From the NCBI GenBank assembly GCA_903893855.1, contig CAITNV010000008.1, positions 1-57,753 of the forward strand: DNA of 57,753 bases, read 5' to 3'. Origin of the DNA: Candidatus Tayloriibacteriota bacterium (GTDB taxonomy: Bacteria > Patescibacteriota > Minisyncoccia > Phycocordibacterales > PALSA-1337). The position numbers and the translations under genes are program-made. A model generated the notes under the pieces. The model was not told the DNA's origin, did not search any database, and was given only the letters and a program-made list of their open reading frames with translations. Positions 19,800 to 26,405 of this stretch are shown one piece after another (the first letter of the stretch is position 1; every line of letters begins with the position of its first letter).

Positions 19800-20552
19800 T
19801 TAAGGTTTGATATCCCTTCGAGCCCGTTCGCTACATAAGCGATTAAGCAGGTTTGAAAGGTCAAAGACACCGTTAGAACGGACGACCTGAGTCAACTGCC
19901 GAAGCAGCTCCCGTTCCTCGGGGGTGAAATCATCCGTGAGGATGAGCTCAGCCAATGGCTTTGCAGTCAAGATCAATTGAGCAAGTGCTTCAATAACCTG
20001 TCTACGCAGGGCTTTGTTGGGCTCATGCTTGGGCAAAGGAAACTCTTGAACTGAAGGGTTCGATTCTTGAACCGAGTCGAAATGTAACTCTTGCAGAGTT
20101 GCCTGCCATTGCTGTTTTTTTTCTTTGGCTTCCGTTGCGTGGAGCTCTAAGAGCTCCAAGAGAGTAACTTCCATCGTAGCAACAGGATTTGATTTCCCTG
20201 CGCACCAACGCATGACGGAGTTTTCAGATACATTCGTGTATTCTGCGGCATCCTTCGGGGATAATGCCTGAATAGCCAGTTGAATGGCAAGCTCATGCAG
20301 TGATTTCGTGAGAGTCTCACGTTCAATGATGGTGTAGCCGATGAGCTCCAGTAAATACTGAAGTTTGAGCAGATTTACGCCTGAGGGCAGAGTCTGCTTG
20401 TTGAACCAGTGATATCCTGTGGTATCCGAAACGCCGATCATTTCGCAGAGCCTGTTACGGGCGCTGCATCGTTCAGCATCGAGCTGTTCTCGTCGGCTTT
20501 CCGAGAAGTGTCTGAGGCACTCCTCGGTTGTGCTTTTGATAGGTTTATTCAT
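19800..20552 (-). CDS. Hypothetical protein with two helix-turn-helix-like segments (250 aa); first gene of the GHKL operon
   Basis: RNRLCEMIGVSDTTGYHWFNKQ and SPKDAAEYTNVSENSVMRWCAGK both look like XRE/Cro-type HTH cores. The C-terminal half is helical with no motif I recognise. Confidence 0.6.
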   Translation of the reverse strand: MNKPIKSTTEECLRHFSESRREQLDAERCSARNRLCEMIGVSDTTGYHWFNKQTLPSGVNLLKLQYLLELIGYTIIERETLTKSLHELAIQLAIQALSPKDAAEYTNVSENSVMRWCAGKSNPVATMEVTLLELLELHATEAKEKKQQWQATLQELHFDSVQESNPSVQEFPLPKHEPNKALRRQVIEALAQLILTAKPLAELILTDDFTPEERELLRQLTQVVRSNGVFDLSNLLNRLCSERARRDIKP

Positions 20553-20616
20553 GTCTTAATTTTGATTTGTTAAAGGACGCTTTTGGCCGGATACACTATC
20601 CAGCCTACCTTTTTTT

Positions 20617-20644
20617 ACTATATCACAATATTCACATTTGTCTA
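20617..20644 (-). promoter_or_regulatory. Putative sigma-70 promoter for the HTH-GHKL operon
   Basis: The minus strand reads TAGACA (20644-20639), a 16-nt spacer, then TATAGT (20622-20617). The spacer contains TATTCACA (20629-20636), identical to the palindrome half-site core. Confidence 0.35.
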
Positions 20645-20672
20645 CATATGACGCTTTCCACGAGCCAAATAC

Positions 20673-20702
20673 TTGACACCACTCAATAAATATGAAGATA
20701 AT
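20673..20702 (+). promoter_or_regulatory. Putative sigma-70 promoter for the divergent 198-aa gene
   Basis: TTGACA (20673-20678), an 18-nt spacer, then GATAAT (20697-20702). The palindrome starts 4 nt downstream. Confidence 0.45.
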
Positions 20703-20705
20703 GCT

Positions 20706-20729
20706 ATTCACAGGAACATTCCTGTGAAT
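20706..20729. promoter_or_regulatory. Perfect 11+11 bp palindrome (candidate operator)
   Basis: ATTCACAGGAA-ca-TTCCTGTGAAT, read directly from the sequence. It sits at the predicted transcription start of the plus-strand promoter and overlaps the first candidate ATG at 20728. Confidence 0.5.
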
Positions 20730-21324
20730 GTCCCGCAAGCACCTTGAAACCTTTAAAAAGGCCGACAAAACCATAAAAATCAACGAAAGTACAACAATGC
20801 GCAACCGCGAACTAATGAAAAAATTGTCTGATCAATTCGAAAGACAATGCCAAGCATTCGAGCAAAAGCGTACCAAATTCCTCGCAGAACTCGATCAGGA
20901 CCTCGCCACCCTCCGAAAAAGTTTTGGAGAAGACCTCATCAACGAGCGACTCGGTGATCTGACTCGTACTGTTACCACAACACCGCCGAAACCTGAATCA
21001 ACTGAAAGCCCAGCCCCAGTCGTCAACAATGTGCGCCCGCAACGCAAGCGTCGGAAAGCAAGCAACTTTAACGATCTGAAACCGCACGTGGTTGAAATCG
21101 TAAAAACCCTTGCTGGTCAACGCTTCACGGTCCGGGACATCAAAGATGCACTGAATCAGAGGGAGGTAAAATTCAACCCGAACAACCTTCATCTTATCCT
21201 GATCAGATATCTAAGCGGCATCAAGGTGGTCGATAAACAGAAGGGTAAAGGTATTAACAAGAACGTGTACGAGGCGGGTGGTGATGTCTCCCTTGTTAAC
21301 TACACCGTAGCGTCCAAAAAGTAG
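20728..21324 (+). CDS. Hypothetical protein: coiled coil, Pro/Thr-rich basic linker and a winged-helix-like C-terminus (up to 198 aa). An alternative start is the ATG at 20797.
   Basis: Heptad-like N-terminus (LMKKLSDQFERQCQAFEQKRTKFLAELDQDLATLRK), linker TTTPPKPESTESPAP..RPQRKRRKAS, then VVEIVKTLAGQRFTVRDIKDALN. A hairpin terminator follows. Confidence 0.55.
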   Translation: MSRKHLETFKKADKTIKINESTTMRNRELMKKLSDQFERQCQAFEQKRTKFLAELDQDLATLRKSFGEDLINERLGDLTRTVTTTPPKPESTESPAPVVNNVRPQRKRRKASNFNDLKPHVVEIVKTLAGQRFTVRDIKDALNQREVKFNPNNLHLILIRYLSGIKVVDKQKGKGINKNVYEAGGDVSLVNYTVASKK

Positions 21325-21350
21325 ACTTCCAGAACATACCGTAACAACAA

Positions 21351-21389
21351 ACACCAGCTTCCATGCATTTGGAACTGGTGTATTTTTTA
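21351..21389. terminator. Hairpin terminator shared by the convergent 198-aa gene and smc
   Basis: caccagcttcca / tggaactggtg (one bulged base) followed by tattttttat on the plus strand. On the minus strand the hairpin is followed by ttgttgtt. Confidence 0.55.
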
Positions 21390-21443
21390 TATTAAAAAGC
21401 TCGCACACAAAACACTAACGTATATAATACCAATTGGTAGCTT

Positions 21444-23696
21444 TTACTTCGCCACCTTCACCGCTTCATCGAAGTTAATTGAGAGAAGTTTTGATGCTCC
21501 ATCGGCGCCAATTGTTACTCCATATATGACCCCCGCTCGAGACATCGTCTCACGATTGTGAGTAATGAGAATGAGCTGCGAATAATTCGACAAGCTAACA
21601 ATCATATCGCCGTATTTTTTAGAATTAGCCTCATCGAGCGCCGCATCAGTCTCATCGAGAATGATAAAAGGCGGAGGATTCACCTGTGAAATTGCAAAGA
21701 GAAGCGCTATAGACGTAAGCGCTCGCTCACCACCTGAGAGCATCATGAGACCTTTCACTTTCTTACGTGGGAGGCTCACATTGATATCAATTCCCTCTGG
21801 ACCCTCTTCCACCATATCATCGCCAGTGTCCATTTCATCCGGCACCGCATCGATAAGCGACAAGTCCGTATCTGACTTGCGCTTTCTTTTTTTCTCACGA
21901 ATGACGCTTAAGCTCGCTGCCCCTCCGCCGAACATAAGATTAAAGAAATACTGGAATTGCGCATTAATCTTCGATATACCAGCCTTGAATTCCACATCGA
22001 GACGATTGTTAAGATCCGCAATGAGAGCGACGAGTGAAGCCTTCGATGTCTCGAGATCAATAATCTCTCGCGCGAGGAAAGCATCTCGCTCTTCTGCTTC
22101 GCGATATTCTTTCATAATATCAGTGGTATTCCCCGCTCCGGAATCTTCAATGCGAAACTTTATTTTCTCTATTGTTCGTCGTCGCTCTTCTTGCACGCCT
22201 CGCGCAGGTACCAAACCCCGCTCAACAACCACGACATAATCAATAGCCTCTCTACCCGCTATCATCCTCGCATCTTCAAGCTCACGCCGAAAAGCCTGCT
22301 CTTCAAGGAGCACTTTATCTTCTTCATTCTTAAGCCTCGTCAATACTGTGCGAATCTCATTTTGTCTTGAAATAATAGTAAATACATTTCGCTCAGCCTC
22401 GCGGTTGGTATCTTGCTCTCGCTCTATTTTCACGCGGAGCTGTGTGTATTCTTCATGCGCTCGAGTAGCTCGATCAGATACAGCTCGAAGCTCATTCTCG
22501 AAGCCCGACTTTTTCTCCCCCAACTCTCGCAATTCTTTATCAAATTCCAAACGCGCCGCAGTATGAAGTGCGTCTCCACTTCGATGACTCGCTACGAACT
22601 CTCTGCAAATGTTGCGAATCTCTTCGAGAGAATCAATAGTAAATATCCGATTAACAATAGCCTCAACATCTCGCAAATACACCGTCTTCGAATCCTCACG
22701 ACTCTGTTTCTCTTTCTCTTTCACAATCGATCGCTCAGTAAGAGCTATAGCTCCTTCAATCTTCCCCAATTCGCGACTTATCCTGTCCTTCTCTTCACGT
22801 GCTAGAGCAAGTGCTCGCTCAAGCGTAATAATCTCCATGCTTTGCGCATCCGCACGCTTCGATTCAGCAAGAATAGTCTTCGCTGCACTGAGGTCAGCAT
22901 CGAGCTTGGCCATTTCATTAGCAGGAGCTAGCCTCTCTTCGGCAATCCGCGCCTTCTCAATACGAATGTATGCATCCTCTGCAGATAAATATTCGCGATA
23001 AAGAGTCACAAGTAGACGCTTCATTTCCTCAACCTTCTCCACCTTTTCAACCTGCTTTTTGAGAAATTTAATATGCGGAGCAATCTCTCTTCGAAGCGAT
23101 TCGACTGACTTCATATTCTCTTCAGTCTTCTCGAGCTTCCTTTCGCTCTCGAGCTTTTTGTATTGATACATTTTAAGGCCAAGCGCATCCTCGATCATTT
23201 CCCTTCGTTCGCGAATATTGGCATTAAGAATCCTGTCCGCTTCACCTTGAGAAATAATGTGATGCCCAGAAGCGCCGATATGCGCGCTTGAGAGAAGCTC
23301 GACAATGTCCTTCAGACGCACCAAAGAGCCATTGATAAAATATTCATTCGAGCTATCGCGATGCACCACGCGCTCAAGTGTCACCTCATCGAAGTCCACC
23401 GAAAGCATTCGCGTACTATTATCGAAAACCACCTTTACCGAAGCGCGATTCGCTCTACCACTCGTCGTTGCCGAAGCGACATTCGCAGCTCCACCGTTAA
23501 AGATGAGATCCTCGCCCTTTTTGCCACGAAGCGACTTGATGGATTGTTCTCCGAGAACGAAACGAAACGCCTCTGCGACGTTTGATTTACCCGAACCATT
23601 TGGTCCCACAATACCCGATATCGGCGAAGTGAAATTAAGCGTCGCTTTTCTCGCGAACGATTTGAAGCCAACAATCTCAAGAGATTTCAGATGCAT
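21444..23696 (-). CDS. smc: SMC-family chromosome condensation ATPase, unusually short (750 aa) with no recognisable hinge
   Basis: N-terminal head MHLKSLEIVGFKSF..GPNGSGKSNV. C-terminal head LSGGERALTSIALLFAISQVNPPPFIILDETDAALD. Heptad-rich middle. Confidence 0.85.
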   Translation of the reverse strand: MHLKSLEIVGFKSFARKATLNFTSPISGIVGPNGSGKSNVAEAFRFVLGEQSIKSLRGKKGEDLIFNGGAANVASATTSGRANRASVKVVFDNSTRMLSVDFDEVTLERVVHRDSSNEYFINGSLVRLKDIVELLSSAHIGASGHHIISQGEADRILNANIRERREMIEDALGLKMYQYKKLESERKLEKTEENMKSVESLRREIAPHIKFLKKQVEKVEKVEEMKRLLVTLYREYLSAEDAYIRIEKARIAEERLAPANEMAKLDADLSAAKTILAESKRADAQSMEIITLERALALAREEKDRISRELGKIEGAIALTERSIVKEKEKQSREDSKTVYLRDVEAIVNRIFTIDSLEEIRNICREFVASHRSGDALHTAARLEFDKELRELGEKKSGFENELRAVSDRATRAHEEYTQLRVKIEREQDTNREAERNVFTIISRQNEIRTVLTRLKNEEDKVLLEEQAFRRELEDARMIAGREAIDYVVVVERGLVPARGVQEERRRTIEKIKFRIEDSGAGNTTDIMKEYREAEERDAFLAREIIDLETSKASLVALIADLNNRLDVEFKAGISKINAQFQYFFNLMFGGGAASLSVIREKKRKRKSDTDLSLIDAVPDEMDTGDDMVEEGPEGIDINVSLPRKKVKGLMMLSGGERALTSIALLFAISQVNPPPFIILDETDAALDEANSKKYGDMIVSLSNYSQLILITHNRETMSRAGVIYGVTIGADGASKLLSINFDEAVKVAK

Positions 23697-23715
23697 TACC
23701 TAATAATAGCATATT

Positions 23716-24423
23716 TTACCAACCCTTCACTTCAAGCGCTTTCTCAGCGGCTTTTTGTTCTGCTTCTTGTTTCGAGGGACCAGTACCGAGAGCTACTTGT
23801 ACAGAACCGAGGAATACCCCGAGCGTGAATTGTTTATCATGATCCGGACCAGTCTCTTTAAGCGTCTTGTATGCAGGAGTAAAATTCGTCATCTCCTGTG
23901 CTCGCTCTTGAAAACGACTCTTAGCATCAAGCCAGAGCTTTTTACTGACGATCTCATCGATATCAATAACCTCAAGAAGATGTCGTGAGACGAAATTCGC
24001 CGCAGCATTATAACCCTGATCGATATAAATCGATCCAATGATAGCCTCAACACTATCCGCAAGAATGATACTTCGAGCACGGCCTTTATCCTTCTCTTCT
24101 CCACGTGAAAGAAGCAAATATTCATTAACTCCGAGACTCTCTGCGACACGCGAAAGAGACACCGTATTGACCAGTGCTGCTCGATATGAAGTCATATCCC
24201 CTTCATTTTTCTTTGGATATTTTTTAAATAGGAAATACGTGATAACGAGCTCAAGAACTGCATCCCCCAAGAATTCCAACCGTTCATTATGCTCCAAACC
24301 TGCGCCTTTATTCTCGTTGAGGTATGAGCGGTGCGTGCACGCAGTACGTAAAAGACCAATGTCGTTAAATACGACACCCATCTTTTGAGCAAACTCTTCA
24401 AACTTTTTCATATCCTGTCCCAT
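23716..24423 (-). CDS. rnc: Ribonuclease III
   Basis: Signature NERLEFLGDAVLE and a C-terminal dsRBD (GPDHDKQFTLGVFLGS..GTGPSKQEAEQKAAEKAL). Start set at the ATG at 24423; the ATG at 24411 is also possible. Confidence 0.9.
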   Translation of the reverse strand: MGQDMKKFEEFAQKMGVVFNDIGLLRTACTHRSYLNENKGAGLEHNERLEFLGDAVLELVITYFLFKKYPKKNEGDMTSYRAALVNTVSLSRVAESLGVNEYLLLSRGEEKDKGRARSIILADSVEAIIGSIYIDQGYNAAANFVSRHLLEVIDIDEIVSKKLWLDAKSRFQERAQEMTNFTPAYKTLKETGPDHDKQFTLGVFLGSVQVALGTGPSKQEAEQKAAEKALEVKGW

Positions 24424-24424
24424 A

Positions 24425-25384
24425 TTATTTTGATTCAGTAGCGTTCTTTGATTCGGTAGCATTCAAAGCATCAGTAGTTCCCACAAGTCCTCCAGCGAGG
24501 ATCTGGAGCGCTTTCGTCACAATCGGCAAAATATCATTATAAAAATTTAATTCGAGAATGTCGGCAAGCTTGAACCATTTCGCATCATCAAGGCCCGGCT
24601 TATCTGCAAGCTTAATATCAACGAAAGCAGATTCAGCGAGGAAATAATGTACTTGCTTTCGGATCTTACCTTTCTCTGGATCGCTTGCAATATATTCATT
24701 ATTACCAAGATCATCGGTAATCTTCACGTCGAGACCCATCTCTTCCTTTACCTTAGCGACGGTTCCTACACGTACATCTCCTTCAGGAATTTTACCCTTA
24801 GACAAAGTCCAATGACCAAAAATATCATGCACGAAACCGAGATAAATCTCCGAACCATCCCGAGCGAAGACTACAGCTCCACCGAGGTTCTGAATTAGCA
24901 TTTTCTCATATGGAACATCTTCGATACGAGCACGCTTCTTAGGGGCGACATCGTCTTTACCCGGTTCACCGAGCTCTTTGTAGACGGAACCGAGTACGCC
25001 GTTGACGAATTTACCGCTATTTTCTCCACCGAAAGTTTTCGCGAGTTCAATAGCTTCGTTAATAGCAACTTTTGCAGGCACTTCTTTACGATCAGCGAAA
25101 ATAAGCTCGTAGAGTCCTACACGCAAAATATTTCTATCAACAATAGAGATTTTATCAATTGGCCAATCAGGAGCAGCCTTCTCGATAATAAGGTCGAGTT
25201 CCTTACGCTTAGCAAGGATATTAACAATAAGTTCTTCAATAAAAGAAATATCACTCACCCCAGGGGCGAATTCTTTAGCATTACGTTCAACAATGTCTTT
25301 TATTTCACTATCCGGAGAGCTTCGAAAATCCCACTCGAAGAGTGATTGCAAGACTACTGAACGTGAGAGATGTCGATTTGCCAT
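24425..25384 (-). CDS. nusB: Transcription antitermination factor NusB fused to a C-terminal Nudix-fold domain
   Basis: The NusB part covers aa 1-140 (RSVVLQSLFEWDF ... PAKVAINEAIELAKTFGGENSGKFVNGVLG). The Nudix-like part covers aa ~165-300 (GGAVVFARDG..HWTLSKGKIPEGDVRVGTVAKVKEEMGL). Confidence 0.8.
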   Translation of the reverse strand: MANRHLSRSVVLQSLFEWDFRSSPDSEIKDIVERNAKEFAPGVSDISFIEELIVNILAKRKELDLIIEKAAPDWPIDKISIVDRNILRVGLYELIFADRKEVPAKVAINEAIELAKTFGGENSGKFVNGVLGSVYKELGEPGKDDVAPKKRARIEDVPYEKMLIQNLGGAVVFARDGSEIYLGFVHDIFGHWTLSKGKIPEGDVRVGTVAKVKEEMGLDVKITDDLGNNEYIASDPEKGKIRKQVHYFLAESAFVDIKLADKPGLDDAKWFKLADILELNFYNDILPIVTKALQILAGGLVGTTDALNATESKNATESK

Positions 25385-25437
25385 AATTTTCTTTAAAGAA
25401 CCTTGAAACTCTGCTAATTAGTAACCCCTTTATTCTA

Positions 25438-25650
25438 CTATACTTTAGCGCCTTTTTCTACAACTGTTGGACGAGTCTCCTTCACTACCACTATCTTCCG
25501 GCCTCGATACATGCCAGTGGCCATATCGGCGCGGTGTCGCTGGTGTAAAGAACCAGTCGTTGTGTCTGTTGTAAGTCGAATAGCATCAAGTGCATGATGT
25601 GATCGTCTGTTGTCCCGATGAGCTCGGGTTGCTCTCATTCTGTTAACCAT
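25438..25650 (-). CDS. rpmF: 50S ribosomal protein L32
   Basis: RAHRDNRRSHHAL ... YRGRKIV matches the L32 pattern (RRSHDAL ... YRGRKV). Confidence 0.8.
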   Translation of the reverse strand: MVNRMRATRAHRDNRRSHHALDAIRLTTDTTTGSLHQRHRADMATGMYRGRKIVVVKETRPTVVEKGAKV

Positions 25651-25698
25651 AGTGGCACTATAATACAGTATACGGCCATTTTTTGCAAGCTTTTATGA

Positions 25699-26337
25699 CT
25701 AAGCGAGCTCGAATGGGTGGAGAAATGACTTACGGTGCACAGGTAATATACCCCGCTTTTCAATGGCATTATAATGAGCTTTCGTCCCATATCCTTTGTG
25801 AATTCCGAAGCCATAATCTGGGTATTTTCGAGCGAGGTTATTCATCTTCCTATCGCGACATACTTTCGCAGCGATAGAGGCCAGAGCAATGACGGACTTC
25901 TTCGCATCGCCTTTGATGATCGTCTTTTGATGGATAAAATCCGCCGGTACTTTTAGTCCTCCATCGAGAAGTACGAGCACGTCCGCAGATTTTATTGCCT
26001 CGCGCGATAGGCTCTTAGCATTTACGAGTTCATTGAGCGCCTTTACGATACAGCTTCGAATACATACTGCTATACCTTTGGTATCAATTGCCTTTTCGCT
26101 TTCAAATGCCACACTAAAGTCGATTAGACCCGACTTTTTCGCTTCGAGTATTTTCGCATACCACATTTCGCGCTTCATTTCGCTTAATTGTTTCGATTCT
26201 TTTACTTTTGGGAAGATTTTCGCGAGTTTTACACGTGCTTCACTTTCTGACTTCGCAGCCACAGCGAAAACACCCACTGCAACCGGCCCTGCTATAGGCC
26301 CGCGCCCTACTTCATCAACACCAAATACGAATTTCAT
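25699..26337 (-). CDS. rnhB: Ribonuclease HII
   Basis: FGVDEVGRGPIAGPV catalytic DE motif, plus DYGFGIHKGYGTKAH. Confidence 0.9.
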   Translation of the reverse strand: MKFVFGVDEVGRGPIAGPVAVGVFAVAAKSESEARVKLAKIFPKVKESKQLSEMKREMWYAKILEAKKSGLIDFSVAFESEKAIDTKGIAVCIRSCIVKALNELVNAKSLSREAIKSADVLVLLDGGLKVPADFIHQKTIIKGDAKKSVIALASIAAKVCRDRKMNNLARKYPDYGFGIHKGYGTKAHYNAIEKRGILPVHRKSFLHPFELA

Positions 26338-26405
26338 GATCTAATTATACTTTTTTAAATTTATTTAAGCGATTTTTATTTCTTTTTGTTATACTTCAAA
26401 TACGA

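Noticed and set aside
20556-20804. 82-aa minus-strand ORF spanning the divergent control region
   Set aside because: It covers both predicted promoters and the palindrome and overlaps the 198-aa gene start. It has no SD and a hydrophobic, junk-like sequence.
18034-21443. The GHKL cassette as a classical integrated mobile element
   Set aside because: I found no integrase, transposase or recombinase, no flanking direct or inverted repeats, and no adjacent tRNA. Foreign origin remains possible but the sequence does not show it.
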